In this document: in pieces, positions 38,234-47,839 of the stretch
How positions within the stretch are numbered: the stretch's first letter is position 1
How the letters are laid out: the number at the start of each line of letters is the position of its first letter
Sequence record: MT446387.1
Direction: 5' to 3' (one strand)
DNA: 64,000 bases
Source of the DNA: Escherichia phage TH09
The notes under the pieces: model-generated
Told to the model about the DNA's origin: nothing
The model's database searches: none
What the model saw: only the letters and a program-made list of their open reading frames with translations
Program-made: the position numbers and the translations under genes

Positions 38234-39415
38234 ATGTCTATTGCAGATTTAAAATCCCGTTTGATTAAAGCTTCCACTTCTAAAATGACTGCTGAACTGA
38301 CTACATCTAAATTCTTTAATGAAAAGGATGTAATCCGTACAAAAATCCCAATGCTTAATATTGCTATTTCTGGCGCGATTGATGGCGGTATGCAGTCTGG
38401 TTTAACTATTTTCGCAGGGCCTTCTAAACACTTTAAATCAAATATGTCTTTAACTATGGTTGCGGCATATTTGAACAAATATCCTGACGCAGTTTGTCTA
38501 TTCTATGATAGCGAATTTGGTATTACTCCAGCTTATTTGCGATCCATGGGAGTTGACCCGGAACGAGTAATTCATACGCCAATTCAGTCAGTTGAACAGC
38601 TGAAAATTGATATGGTGAACCAACTTGAAGCTATTGAGCGTGGTGAAAAGGTTATTGTATTCATCGACTCAATTGGTAATATGGCTTCTAAGAAAGAAAC
38701 TGAAGATGCCTTGAATGAAAAATCTGTGGCAGATATGACTCGTGCTAAATCACTGAAGTCATTATTCCGTATTGTTACTCCTTACTTTAGCATTAAAAAT
38801 ATTCCATGTGTTGCGGTTAACCATACAATTGAAACAATTGAAATGTTTAGTAAAACCGTGATGACAGGTGGTACAGGCGTAATGTATTCGGCTGATACCG
38901 TATTCATTATCGGTAAACGTCAGATTAAAGATGGTTCTGATCTTCAGGGGTATCAATTTGTTCTAAATGTAGAAAAATCTCGTACCGTTAAAGAAAAAAG
39001 TAAATTCTTTATTGATGTTAAATTTGACGGTGGTATCGATCCTTATTCTGGATTGTTAGATATGGCTCTAGAATTAGGATTTGTTGTAAAACCTAAAAAT
39101 GGCTGGTATGCTCGTGAATTTCTTGACGAAGAAACTGGCGAGATGATTCGCGAAGAAAAATCTTGGCGTGCAAAAGATACCAACTGCACTACATTCTGGG
39201 GTCCTTTATTTAAGCATCAACCGTTCCGAGATGCTATTAAACGTGCTTATCAGTTAGGTGCTATTGATAGTAATGAAATTGTTGAAGCTGAAGTTGATGA
39301 ATTAATTAACTCAAAAGTTGAAAAATTTAAATCTCCAGAAAGTAAAAGTAAATCAGCTGCTGATTTAGAAACTGACTTAGAACAGTTAAGTGATATGGAA
39401 GAATTTAATGAATAA
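38234..39415 (+). CDS. uvsX: recombinase UvsX (RecA-like)
   Basis: 393 aa; Walker A GPSKHFKS; N-terminus DLKSRLIKASTSK matches T4 UvsX. Confidence 0.9.
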   Translation: MSIADLKSRLIKASTSKMTAELTTSKFFNEKDVIRTKIPMLNIAISGAIDGGMQSGLTIFAGPSKHFKSNMSLTMVAAYLNKYPDAVCLFYDSEFGITPAYLRSMGVDPERVIHTPIQSVEQLKIDMVNQLEAIERGEKVIVFIDSIGNMASKKETEDALNEKSVADMTRAKSLKSLFRIVTPYFSIKNIPCVAVNHTIETIEMFSKTVMTGGTGVMYSADTVFIIGKRQIKDGSDLQGYQFVLNVEKSRTVKEKSKFFIDVKFDGGIDPYSGLLDMALELGFVVKPKNGWYAREFLDEETGEMIREEKSWRAKDTNCTTFWGPLFKHQPFRDAIKRAYQLGAIDSNEIVEAEVDELINSKVEKFKSPESKSKSAADLETDLEQLSDMEEFNE

Positions 39416-39752
39416 AGATGATTTGGATTTAGATCTAGAAATTATCGACGAATCCCCCTCTTCGGAGGGGGAAGAAGAAAGAAAAGAACGTCTTTTTAAT
39501 GAATCTCTTAAGATAATTAAATCTGCCATGGAAAATGTTATCCAGGAGATTGTCATTAAACTAGAAGACGGTTCTACACACATTGTGTATGTGACAAAAT
39601 TAGATTGGGTTGATGGAAAAGTCGTAATGGACTTTGCTGTTCTTGACCAAGAAAGAAAAGCTGAGTTAGCTCCTCATGTAGAAAAATGTATTACAATGCA
39701 ACTGCAAGATGCATTTAATAAAAGGTCAAAGAAAAAATTTAAATTCTTTTAA
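39408..39752 (+). CDS. 40: head vertex assembly protein gp40 (by position)
   Basis: track ORF 39390..39752; ATG 39408 overlaps uvsX stop; acidic N-terminus. Confidence 0.45.
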   Translation: MNKDDLDLDLEIIDESPSSEGEEERKERLFNESLKIIKSAMENVIQEIVIKLEDGSTHIVYVTKLDWVDGKVVMDFAVLDQERKAELAPHVEKCITMQLQDAFNKRSKKKFKFF

Positions 39753-39761
39753 GGAGTAAGT

Positions 39762-41189
39762 GTGGTAGAAATTATTCTTTCTCATCTCATATTTGATCAA
39801 GCTTATTTTTCAAAAGTTTGGCCATATATGGATTCAGAATATTTTGAAAGTGGTCCAGCTAAAAATACATTCAAATTAATTAAATCTCATGTTAACGAGT
39901 ATCATAGCGTTCCATCTATTAATGCGTTAAATGTTGCGTTAGAAAATAGTTCATTTACTGAAACAGAATATTCTGGTGTAAAAACACTTATTTCAAAACT
40001 GGCCGATTCTCCGGAAGACCATAGCTGGTTAGTAAAAGAAACAGAAAAATATGTTCAGCAAAGGGCGATGTTTAATGCTACGTCTAAAATAATCGAAATT
40101 CAAACTAATGCTGAGCTTCCTCCGGAAAAACGAAATAAGAAAATGCCGGATGTTGGTGCTATTCCTGACATCATGCGACAAGCATTATCAATTTCATTTG
40201 ATAGTTATGTTGGTCATGATTGGATGGATGACTACGAAGCACGCTGGCTATCTTATATGAATAAAGCTCGTAAGGTTCCATTTAAACTCAAAATTCTAAA
40301 TAAAATTACTAAAGGCGGAGCTGAAACTGGAACACTGAACGTTTTAATGGCTGGTGTTAACGTTGGTAAGTCATTAGGTCTGTGTTCATTGGCAGCAGAT
40401 TATTTGCAGCTCGGACATAATGTTCTTTACATTTCCATGGAAATGGCAGAAGAAGTCTGTGCTAAACGTATTGATGCTAATATGCTTGACGTTTCTCTTG
40501 ATGACATTGACGATGGGCATATTTCTTACGCTGAATATAAAGGAAAAATGGAAAAATGGCGTGAGAAATCTACTCTCGGCCGTTTAATCGTTAAACAGTA
40601 TCCTACTGGTGGAGCAGACGCTAATACATTTCGATCGCTTTTAAACGAATTAAAGCTCAAGAAGAATTTTGTTCCAACAATCATTATTGTTGACTATCTA
40701 GGTATTTGTAAATCTTGCCGCATCAGAGTTTATTCAGAAAATAGTTACACAACTGTTAAAGCCATCGCAGAAGAATTGCGTGCTCTTGCTGTTGAAACCG
40801 AAACTGTTCTTTGGACCGCAGCACAGGTTGGTAAACAAGCTTGGGATTCTTCTGATGTTAACATGAGCGATATTGCAGAATCTGCCGGTCTTCCAGCAAC
40901 AGCCGATTTTATGCTTGCGGTCATTGAAACTGAGGAGTTAGCAGCTGCTGAACAACAACTCATTAAGCAAATCAAATCACGATATGGCGATAAGAATAAG
41001 TGGAATAAGTTTTTGATGGGTGTTCAAAAGGGAAATCAGAAATGGGTAGAAATTGAACAAGATTCTACTCCAACTGAAGTGAGTGAAGTAGCAGGTTCAC
41101 AACAGATTCAGGCTGAACAGAATCGCTATCAAAGAAATGAATCCACTCGAGCACAGTTAGATGCTTTGGCAAATGAATTAAAATTTTAG
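39762..41189 (+). CDS. 41: replicative DNA helicase gp41 (DnaB-like)
   Basis: 475 aa, GTG start; Walker A GVNVGKS. Confidence 0.9.
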   Translation: MVEIILSHLIFDQAYFSKVWPYMDSEYFESGPAKNTFKLIKSHVNEYHSVPSINALNVALENSSFTETEYSGVKTLISKLADSPEDHSWLVKETEKYVQQRAMFNATSKIIEIQTNAELPPEKRNKKMPDVGAIPDIMRQALSISFDSYVGHDWMDDYEARWLSYMNKARKVPFKLKILNKITKGGAETGTLNVLMAGVNVGKSLGLCSLAADYLQLGHNVLYISMEMAEEVCAKRIDANMLDVSLDDIDDGHISYAEYKGKMEKWREKSTLGRLIVKQYPTGGADANTFRSLLNELKLKKNFVPTIIIVDYLGICKSCRIRVYSENSYTTVKAIAEELRALAVETETVLWTAAQVGKQAWDSSDVNMSDIAESAGLPATADFMLAVIETEELAAAEQQLIKQIKSRYGDKNKWNKFLMGVQKGNQKWVEIEQDSTPTEVSEVAGSQQIQAEQNRYQRNESTRAQLDALANELKF

Positions 41190-41226
41190 TTTACAAGCTG
41201 ACAAGACTATGGTATAGTAGTCTTGT
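41189..41226 (+). promoter_or_regulatory. early promoter with inverted repeat around -10
   Basis: gtttacaagctgaCAAGACTAtggtatagTAGTCTTGt. Confidence 0.55.
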
Positions 41227-41247
41227 TGGTTAAATGAGGAGATTGTT

Positions 41248-41430
41248 ATGGAATTGGTAAAGGTAGTTTTTATGGGGTGGTTTAAGAATGAAAGCATGTT
41301 TATTAAAGAAACCACAATGATGAAAGATGACGTTCAATGGGCTACTACTCAATATGCTGAAGTTAATAAAGCATTAGTTAAAGCTTTCATTGATGACAAG
41401 AAAGTATGTGAAGTAGATTGCCGAGGATAA
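41248..41430 (+). CDS. hypothetical small protein
   Basis: 60 aa; SD gaggag. Confidence 0.4.
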   Translation: MELVKVVFMGWFKNESMFIKETTMMKDDVQWATTQYAEVNKALVKAFIDDKKVCEVDCRG

Positions 41431-41431
41431 T

Positions 41432-41689
41432 ATGCATATTGTTTTATTTAAACCTACTCCGTATAACGTCAGGAAAAATACGCAATTCAAAGCGCTTATT
41501 GCGGATACATGGGAATTGGTGTTAGATATTCCAGCAGAAGAAAGTCCTCCATTTGGTCGAGTGGAATTTATTAAGTTTGTTGTACGTCCTACGAAGAGGC
41601 AGATTCGTCAGTGTAAAAGGCATTTTCGTAAGATCGTTAAGCTAGAGAAACAGTTTGTAACATGTGATTATGCAGAAGTTTTAAAATAA
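41432..41689 (+). CDS. hypothetical basic protein
   Basis: 85 aa. Confidence 0.4.
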   Translation: MHIVLFKPTPYNVRKNTQFKALIADTWELVLDIPAEESPPFGRVEFIKFVVRPTKRQIRQCKRHFRKIVKLEKQFVTCDYAEVLK

Positions 41690-41691
41690 CT

Positions 41692-41721
41692 ATTTACTTT
41701 TGTTGGAAATTGAGATACTAT
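41692..41721 (+). promoter_or_regulatory. early promoter (ATTTACT-N17-TACTAT)
   Basis: ctatttacttttgttggaaattgagatactat. Confidence 0.45.
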
Positions 41722-41749
41722 ATAAACATAAACTACTGAGGAGATTATC

Positions 41750-42043
41750 ATGAAAAAATTTATTTTTGCTACAATTTTTACTTTGGCTTCTTGTGCTGCT
41801 CAGCCTGCTATGGCAGGATATGATAAAGATTTGTGTGAATGGTCTATGACTGCAGATCAGACTGAAGTTGAAACTCAAATTGAAGCGGATATTATGAATA
41901 TCGTTGAGCGCGATCGTCCTGAAATGAAAGCTGAAGTACAAAAACAGCTTAAGTCTGGTGGTGTAATGCAGTATAATTACGTTCTGTATTGTGATAAAAA
42001 CTTCAATAATAAAAATATCGTAACCGAAATCACAGGCGAATAA
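41750..42043 (+). CDS. sp: periplasmic Spackle-like protein
   Basis: 97 aa with signal peptide; position between 41 and 61; length equals T4 Sp. Confidence 0.5.
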   Translation: MKKFIFATIFTLASCAAQPAMAGYDKDLCEWSMTADQTEVETQIEADIMNIVERDRPEMKAEVQKQLKSGGVMQYNYVLYCDKNFNNKNIVTEITGE

Positions 42044-42044
42044 T

Positions 42045-42677
42045 ATGATTTATTATATGCACAAAAATCCACCGTTTAAATACGGTAAATTTCCTGATGC
42101 ACAATGTTATAATATAACGCCTGATGAAAATAACCGTGGATATCTTATTGGCACAATTTTTGTAATTGTTAAAGATAACGAAATCGTTGCCTGGGCAGAT
42201 TTTAAAGGTACAACATATGATGTTAATCCGGTGCCTTTCACATATTACAATTTAATGGATTTGGCATACGATTATAATTGGTTTAATCATGACACTTTGG
42301 CTCATATTGAAGGTGTAGGATTTGATATTTCATATTCGGAATACACTTTAAGCCCTATGAGTCGAGCCCATAAAGAACCTGAATATTTTTCATTTAGGAA
42401 ACGTGTAAACTTTAAACGCAGCACAGAGTATGTCGGTGGAATATTTGTTAAAGATAATCGAATTACTCGCATTATTTATCCTTTGGGCTGTGGTCAAAAA
42501 GATATTGATGTTAATTTAGACTTTACTGAAAACATCATTAATCATATTGCTTCTGTGTATTTTGGTATCGATCACAAAATTGTAATATGTGGATATGAAT
42601 TACCGTTTGAAGAACAGCCTAAAGTAAAAGTTTCTATTGACGATCAAATTTTTAATGCTTTTATGAATAAAGGTTAA
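42045..42677 (+). CDS. hypothetical protein (61.2-like position)
   Basis: 210 aa; C-terminus SIDDQIFNAFMNKG shared with next ORF. Confidence 0.45.
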   Translation: MIYYMHKNPPFKYGKFPDAQCYNITPDENNRGYLIGTIFVIVKDNEIVAWADFKGTTYDVNPVPFTYYNLMDLAYDYNWFNHDTLAHIEGVGFDISYSEYTLSPMSRAHKEPEYFSFRKRVNFKRSTEYVGGIFVKDNRITRIIYPLGCGQKDIDVNLDFTENIINHIASVYFGIDHKIVICGYELPFEEQPKVKVSIDDQIFNAFMNKG

Positions 42678-42683
42678 TATGTA
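42631..42683 (+). repeat. direct repeat copy 1 (about 50 bp) at gene junction
   Basis: tctattgacgatcaaatttttaatgcttttatgaataaaggttaatatg; near-identical copy at 42989..43041. Confidence 0.7.
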
Positions 42684-43035
42684 TAGTTCTGAATTTTCAT
42701 ATTTAAAAATGGAAAAAATTTCATACGATTTTATAGATGAAAAGGTTTATTACAGTTTCCATGAACCGCGTTTTAATAGTGAGGTTGGGTTTATTGTAGT
42801 AAAAGACAATTTCATTTTAAAGATATATTCGGCATTAAAGGATTTTCACTATGAAAATATTAACCTAAAATTTGATAAAGAAAACGTTCGTAATTGTGCA
42901 GTAACAATTACAGGAAATAAAGGTACGTGTGTTATGCTATCTGATGAAATTAATGATTTGCTAAATGATGCAGAAAATATTACTGCGCCATCTATTGATG
43001 ACCAAATTTTTAATGCTTTTATGAATAGAGGTTAA
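42679..43035 (+). CDS. hypothetical protein bracketed by direct repeats
   Basis: 118 aa; C-terminal 14 aa nearly identical to upstream gene. Confidence 0.45.
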   Translation: MYSSEFSYLKMEKISYDFIDEKVYYSFHEPRFNSEVGFIVVKDNFILKIYSALKDFHYENINLKFDKENVRNCAVTITGNKGTCVMLSDEINDLLNDAENITAPSIDDQIFNAFMNRG

Positions 43036-43041
43036 TATGAA
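42989..43041 (+). repeat. direct repeat copy 2
   Basis: tctattgatgaccaaatttttaatgcttttatgaatagaggttaatatg. Confidence 0.7.
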
Positions 43042-43201
43042 AACATATAAAGAATTTATCAAAGAAGATATGGTCGCTGGAGATTCAGGTGGTAGTCCTG
43101 AAAATATCTCTACTGGAACAACGTCAGGCGCTGTAGTAAATAAAGGTCCTGAACAGATTCCTAAAAAGAAAAAAGAGGAATCTAAAGAAAAAGAAGAGTA
43201 A
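43037..43201 (+). CDS. small Lys/Glu-rich protein
   Basis: about 54 aa; ends PKKKKEESKEKEE. Confidence 0.3.
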   Translation: MKTYKEFIKEDMVAGDSGGSPENISTGTTSGAVVNKGPEQIPKKKKEESKEKEE

Positions 43202-43203
43202 AA

Positions 43204-44232
43204 ATGTCATCAATACCTTGGATTGATAATGAGTTTGCATACCGTGCATTAGCTCATTTACCTAAATTCACACAAGTAAATAATAGTTCAACTTTTAAAT
43301 TACGGTTTAGATGTCCTGTTTGTGGAGATTCAAAAACCGACCAGAATAAAGCTCGTGGATGGTATTATGGTGATAATAATGAAGGAAATATTCATTGTTA
43401 TAACTGTAACTATCATGCACCAATCGGAATATATTTAAAGGAGTTTGAACCTGATTTATATCGTGAGTATATCTTTGAAATAAGAAAAGAAAAAGGTAAA
43501 AGTCGTCCAGTAGAAAAACCTAAAGAACTTCCTAAACAACCCGAAAAGAAAATAATTAAATCTCTTCCGTCATGTGTTAGATTAGATAAACTGGCGGAAG
43601 ACCATCCAATTATAAAATATGTAAAAGCTCGTTGTATTCCAAAGGATAAATGGAAATATCTTTGGTTTACAACTGAATGGCCTAAATTAGTTAATAGCAT
43701 AGCACCAGGAACATACAAAAAGGAAATTTCTGAGCCTCGTCTTGTTATTCCAATTTATAATGCTAATGGAAAAGCTGAGTCTTTTCAAGGACGTGCATTA
43801 AAGAAAGATGCTCCTCAAAAATATATCACCATTAAAGCTTATCCTGAGGCAACAAAAATTTACGGTGTTGAACGAGTTAAAGATGGTGATGTATATGTTC
43901 TAGAAGGACCTATAGATTCACTTTTTATTGAAAATGGTATAGCTATTACGGGTGGTCAATTAGACCTAGAAGTTGTTCCATTTAAAGATAGACGAGTGTG
44001 GGTTTTAGATAATGAACCTCGTCACCCTGACACTATCAAACGAATGACTAAATTAGTTGATGCAGGAGAAAGGGTTATGTTTTGGGATAAATCTCCCTGG
44101 AAATCAAAAGATGTCAATGATATGATTAGAAAGGAAGGTGCAACCCCTGAACAAATTATGAAATATATGAAAAATAATATTGCCCAGGGGTTGATGGCTA
44201 AAATGCGGCTATCTAAATATGCTAAGATTTAA
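43204..44232 (+). CDS. 61: DNA primase gp61
   Basis: 342 aa; N-terminal zinc ribbon CPVCGDSK...CYNCNYH; TOPRIM-like C-terminal region. Confidence 0.9.
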   Translation: MSSIPWIDNEFAYRALAHLPKFTQVNNSSTFKLRFRCPVCGDSKTDQNKARGWYYGDNNEGNIHCYNCNYHAPIGIYLKEFEPDLYREYIFEIRKEKGKSRPVEKPKELPKQPEKKIIKSLPSCVRLDKLAEDHPIIKYVKARCIPKDKWKYLWFTTEWPKLVNSIAPGTYKKEISEPRLVIPIYNANGKAESFQGRALKKDAPQKYITIKAYPEATKIYGVERVKDGDVYVLEGPIDSLFIENGIAITGGQLDLEVVPFKDRRVWVLDNEPRHPDTIKRMTKLVDAGERVMFWDKSPWKSKDVNDMIRKEGATPEQIMKYMKNNIAQGLMAKMRLSKYAKI

Positions 44233-44429
44233 ATTAACCCAACTAAAGCAAATGCTAAATCTACGAATGTATCAAGAGTAACTACTGGAATATTAATACC
44301 ATGTGCAATTGCAACAGGTGATAAAATAAAGTTCCAGAGTAAAATTCCTACCATAGCAGAAATAGTAAAAGCTATACGTTTTTTATTACCTTTTATGGCA
44401 TTAACAAGTGCCATTAATTTTTGTACCAT
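44229..44429 (-). CDS. antisense-oriented small membrane protein
   Basis: 66 aa on minus strand; strong SD AAGGAGG 4 nt before ATG; two hydrophobic segments; only convincing minus-strand gene in window. Confidence 0.45.
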   Translation of the reverse strand: MVQKLMALVNAIKGNKKRIAFTISAMVGILLWNFILSPVAIAHGINIPVVTLDTFVDLAFALVGLI

Positions 44430-44440
44430 GTGTCCTCCTT

Positions 44441-44466
44441 ATTGCTTTATATATTTATTGTATAAT
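44441..44466 (+). promoter_or_regulatory. candidate middle promoter (MotA box ATTGCTTTA + TATAAT)
   Basis: attgctttatatatttattgtataat upstream of gene 56. Confidence 0.45.
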
Positions 44467-44500
44467 TAATCTACTAACCCATGAATTGAAAGGAAAAATA

Positions 44501-45019
44501 ATGGCTTACTTTAATGAATGTTCACAACTGATCGAAGGCGCTGATAAAGCTCAAAATGAATACTGGGATATTCTCGGTGATGAAAAAGACCCGCTGCAGG
44601 TTATGCTTGATATGCAGAAATCTCTGCAGGTTCGTTTAGCTAAAGATAAACCTGAATATAACCGTCATCCTGATGATTTGGCTACTGCAGGTGAAGTTGT
44701 TGATTGGCTGCGCAATCAGAAAGATTATATTGATGATGAATTCCGCGAACTTCTGACTTCTCTTGGTGGTATGAGCAATGGTGAAAAAGATGCATCTGCT
44801 GTATGGAAGCCATGGAAAGCTCAACATGGTGAACGTCGTGAAACTCTGATTACTGATTTGTCTCCACAAGACCAGTTGGAAATTAAATTCGAAATGATTG
44901 ATATTCTTCATTTCGTTCTGAACATGTTCCAAGGTCTCGGTCTTACGGCTGAAGAAATCTTTAAACTTTATTATCTGAAAAATGCTGAAAACTTCGCTCG
45001 CCAAGACCGAGGTTACTAA
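44501..45019 (+). CDS. 56: dCTPase/dUTPase gp56
   Basis: 172 aa from ATG 44501 (track ORF begins upstream); MazG-like; matches T4 gp56. Confidence 0.8.
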   Translation: MAYFNECSQLIEGADKAQNEYWDILGDEKDPLQVMLDMQKSLQVRLAKDKPEYNRHPDDLATAGEVVDWLRNQKDYIDDEFRELLTSLGGMSNGEKDASAVWKPWKAQHGERRETLITDLSPQDQLEIKFEMIDILHFVLNMFQGLGLTAEEIFKLYYLKNAENFARQDRGY

Positions 45020-45219
45020 TGGCTCGTTTAAATAAACGACAGCTTAAGAAAGCCCACAAGAAACATATTGACCAGCTATTTAAAAATTATGACAAGGAGC
45101 TCGTATGTGAGCTCTTATCTAATCAGCTTCGTGTGGTTGATTGGGTTGTAGAAGAAGGTCCTGATGAAATTTTTGTCAGTGAAGAAGCTTTAAAATTAAT
45201 TATAGAGCATTCAAAATGA
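45019..45219 (+). CDS. hypothetical small protein
   Basis: 66 aa; TAATG overlap. Confidence 0.4.
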   Translation: MARLNKRQLKKAHKKHIDQLFKNYDKELVCELLSNQLRVVDWVVEEGPDEIFVSEEALKLIIEHSK

Positions 45220-45389
45220 AAATATCCAAAGAAGAATTTATTAGACGACAAAAAGCTTTAATTAATTTACACGAGTGGTATGCTTATCAGCTTAAAGTAG
45301 ATAGCTCTAATATAAATGCTGTAATGGCTTTATATAAACAAATTCATGATGAACACGAATTCCTAGCACAAGTTTTCATTGAAGACTGA
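45216..45389 (+). CDS. hypothetical small protein
   Basis: about 57 aa, ATGA overlap. Confidence 0.3.
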   Translation: MKISKEEFIRRQKALINLHEWYAYQLKVDSSNINAVMALYKQIHDEHEFLAQVFIED

Positions 45390-45397
45390 TATAAATA
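45390..45397 (+). promoter_or_regulatory. late promoter TATAAATA for soc
   Basis: exact TATAAATA about 32 nt upstream of soc ATG; soc is a late capsid gene. Confidence 0.55.
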
Positions 45398-45428
45398 CAC
45401 CTGTAATTAAACAATAAAGGAGTTTATT

Positions 45429-45665
45429 ATGGGTGGTTTCGTTAACATCAAGACCTTTACTCATCCAGCGGGTGAAGGCAAAGAAGTTAAAGGTATGGAA
45501 GTTTCTGTAGCATTTGATGTATATTCAAATGAACACCGTATCGCAGATTCTCATTATCAAATCTTTCCGTCAGAAAAAGCAGCTTATTCTGATGTAGTTT
45601 CCGATGCAGCAACTTGGAAAACTAAGAATGCTGCAATGTTTACGCCTACAGAAATAGGTGGTTAA
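45429..45665 (+). CDS. soc: small outer capsid protein Soc
   Basis: 78 aa; VNIKTF...EGKE..VSVAF..YS..H.I...HYQ.FPSEKAAYS pattern matches T4 Soc. Confidence 0.75.
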   Translation: MGGFVNIKTFTHPAGEGKEVKGMEVSVAFDVYSNEHRIADSHYQIFPSEKAAYSDVVSDAATWKTKNAAMFTPTEIGG

Positions 45666-45673
45666 TAATTCAA

Positions 45674-45697
45674 GGACTCCCGAAGGAGTCCTTTTTT
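45674..45697 (+). terminator. intrinsic terminator hairpin + U-run
   Basis: ggactcc-cgaa-ggagtcc followed by tttttt. Confidence 0.65.
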
Positions 45698-45707
45698 CAT
45701 TTTACCG

Positions 45708-45737
45708 GTTTACTTTCCAAAATGAGTATGGTATAAT
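45708..45737 (+). promoter_or_regulatory. early promoter (GTTTACT-N17-TATAAT)
   Basis: ttttaccggtttactttccaaaatgagtatggtataat; cassette nearly identical to 5374..5403. Confidence 0.55.
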
Positions 45738-45763
45738 AGAATTATCTTATAGAGGAGAGCACT

Positions 45764-45970
45764 ATGTTAAATCGCTGGATTAAACCAAATGAAGATTTAG
45801 ATATTATCATTTCACGGCATGTAATGAAAAAATATGAACTGCAGCCATGGTCTACAGAAGTTGTTGTGCATTCATTTATGATGTACGCAGATGGTTCTGT
45901 CGAATTTAATGCAGAGATTCGATATGATTATGGCGAGAAGCAAGTCGAATTCAAAAGAGGCTTTTTGTAA
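45764..45970 (+). CDS. hypothetical small protein
   Basis: 68 aa; SD gaggagag. Confidence 0.45.
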   Translation: MLNRWIKPNEDLDIIISRHVMKKYELQPWSTEVVVHSFMMYADGSVEFNAEIRYDYGEKQVEFKRGFL

Positions 45971-46311
45971 TGTTTATCTTTAATTGGTTTAAAAATTTCT
46001 TTACAGATTTTTTCTCTACAACTCCCGGAGAAGGTGTAGTTCCTATTTCAAATGACTACCTTCCTTTAACTGTAGTTGAATATGTTTATATGGGAGATGG
46101 AACAGTAGAAGCAGTTACTATGACTTATGAAGAAGCCCAAGAATATTATAAAAATCCTTGGCGTTGGTCAACACCTACTACATCATCTAATGCACAGAAT
46201 ACACAGTCTAGTTCTGATTCATATGACACCAATGTTCCTGTTCATGTATGGGCAGGTGATTCATGTGGAAGTTCTTGTGATTCTAGTTGTTCATCTACAT
46301 CTTGTGATTGA
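45970..46311 (+). CDS. hypothetical protein with Ser/Cys-rich C-terminus
   Basis: 113 aa; ends ...[18 protein letters not shown]. Confidence 0.4.
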   Translation: MFIFNWFKNFFTDFFSTTPGEGVVPISNDYLPLTVVEYVYMGDGTVEAVTMTYEEAQEYYKNPWRWSTPTTSSNAQNTQSSSDSYDTNVPVHVWAGDSCGSSCDSSCSSTSCD

Positions 46312-46319
46312 GGAAAATT

Positions 46320-46805
46320 ATGGAAGCGATTTTGTTTGAAATGTATATTAGCAGTAATAGCATGTCGTTTGCTAAAGATGTTCCAATTACTGTAGCCGTA
46401 GTGATTGATAAGGGTTATTGTAACCCTATGTATCTCGTAGAAAATTTCGTTTCAATGCCAGTTCCAGAAGATGTTGAAATAAAACTTAAAAAGATCGGAA
46501 TTATTGAAACTGTGCCAAATAGTCCGTTTAGAGCAATTGAAGCATTTACTAAATCCGAATACATTAATGTTAGCGCAGAACAATATAATGGTAATCCTTT
46601 ATCTTTTTATTCGTACGATTCAGTATATGACTGGAAAATAAATGAAGGAAATAAATTTATAATTGCGAGTGAAGATGCTTTATCATACTTTATTTATTAT
46701 GTATGGAATAATTTAAATCCAAAATTGCTAAAAATTCATGAATTTGACGATGCTCCTACTATTGTTTTAGGTAAAACAAATGAAAGTTCTGAAGAAAATG
46801 CTTGA
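46320..46805 (+). CDS. hypothetical protein
   Basis: track ORF 46308..46805; ATG 46320 after gaggaaaatt SD. Confidence 0.4.
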   Translation: MEAILFEMYISSNSMSFAKDVPITVAVVIDKGYCNPMYLVENFVSMPVPEDVEIKLKKIGIIETVPNSPFRAIEAFTKSEYINVSAEQYNGNPLSFYSYDSVYDWKINEGNKFIIASEDALSYFIYYVWNNLNPKLLKIHEFDDAPTIVLGKTNESSEENA

Positions 46806-46983
46806 ATGGTTCAATAGACCAAACTCAATGTATATTGATGATGGTTGGGTTGAACAGGCAAATAAAGAAATGCAGAACGAATCGGAAGAATGGATGAAAT
46901 CAATGATTAGTGCTGAGAAAGAAAAGAAATTAGAGCGCTCAGCTCTTAAATTAATGAGAGATATTTACGGTGATAAATCATGA
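46798..46983 (+). CDS. hypothetical small protein (start uncertain)
   Basis: track ORF 46780..46983 overlaps upstream gene. Confidence 0.3.
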   Translation: MLEWFNRPNSMYIDDGWVEQANKEMQNESEEWMKSMISAEKEKKLERSALKLMRDIYGDKS

Positions 46984-47144
46984 GCAAAGATATGACGTTA
47001 GAAGAGGCCAAAGCAAAAGCAAATGAAGCAATGGATTTGCTTCTTAAAATTGGTAGTAAAATGATGGAAGAAAATGAGAAATATATCCAGGAAAACAAAA
47101 TTCCTGATGGTCCATTAGTAGGCAAGAGGAAATCACATGATTGA
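46980..47144 (+). CDS. hypothetical small protein
   Basis: about 54 aa; ATGA overlap. Confidence 0.3.
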   Translation: MSKDMTLEEAKAKANEAMDLLLKIGSKMMEENEKYIQENKIPDGPLVGKRKSHD

Positions 47145-47607
47145 AGTAGCAAAACTGTATTCAATAGGATTTATGTCTAAAGAAGGTAAATCAGTAAATA
47201 CACTTGATAAAAAATGCTCGTTAATTATTCCTTTAGCAGAAAATCCGGATATTTTAATTAAAGATATAAAAGAAAGAAAATATCCAGAAAATGTTATTCT
47301 AATTATAAAGCATACTGAAGATATTTTGCAGAATACTGATTCACCGTTTTCTTCTTCCGAAGCTTTAACTATTAAAGGCTATAAAAGAGCTCATGAATAT
47401 GGTCTTTTTGACATGTTTGAAGACGATAAAGTTAAATTAGCGAGTCAACCTTCTAAAAGTAAAACATTCATTATTGAAGATATTAAAGATATAAATGCAT
47501 TTGTTAGGATGGTCTGGGCTCATTTTGATGTTGGACTACGCTGGAGAATGTCCGAAGAAGAAAGAAAGATTATTGAAGCTAATCGTCAATTTGGTTTTTA
47601 TCGCTAG
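47137..47607 (+). CDS. hypothetical protein
   Basis: 156 aa. Confidence 0.4.
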   Translation: MIEVAKLYSIGFMSKEGKSVNTLDKKCSLIIPLAENPDILIKDIKERKYPENVILIIKHTEDILQNTDSPFSSSEALTIKGYKRAHEYGLFDMFEDDKVKLASQPSKSKTFIIEDIKDINAFVRMVWAHFDVGLRWRMSEEERKIIEANRQFGFYR

Positions 47608-47615
47608 GAATTAAT

Positions 47616-47798
47616 ATGGATTTATTTGAGATGTTAGAAGATAATCATTCTACGAATATCCAGAATGATTCTAGTGATTATAAGAAAGAGTACCGTATAG
47701 TATTACAGAATTATGGAATTGAAGCCCCAGATGCTCTTCTAGAAGAACTAGCTTCATACCATCTTGACCCTCCGCCTTGGGCTCCCTGGGCAAAATAA
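47616..47798 (+). CDS. hypothetical small acidic protein
   Basis: 60 aa. Confidence 0.35.
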   Translation: MDLFEMLEDNHSTNIQNDSSDYKKEYRIVLQNYGIEAPDALLEELASYHLDPPPWAPWAK

Positions 47799-47809
47799 TT
47801 CAAAAAGTT

Positions 47810-47839
47810 GTTTACTTTCCTTTCTAACGATGATATGAT
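47810..47839 (+). promoter_or_regulatory. early promoter (GTTTACT-N17-TATGAT)
   Basis: caaaaagttgtttactttcctttctaacgatgatatgat; downstream 7-bp inverted repeat tgatagc/gctatca spans the SD. Confidence 0.5.

Noticed and set aside
44229-44500. dam DNA adenine methyltransferase between genes 61 and 56
   Set aside because: No ORF of methyltransferase size or with a DPPY motif is present; only the 66-aa antisense membrane ORF occupies the interval.
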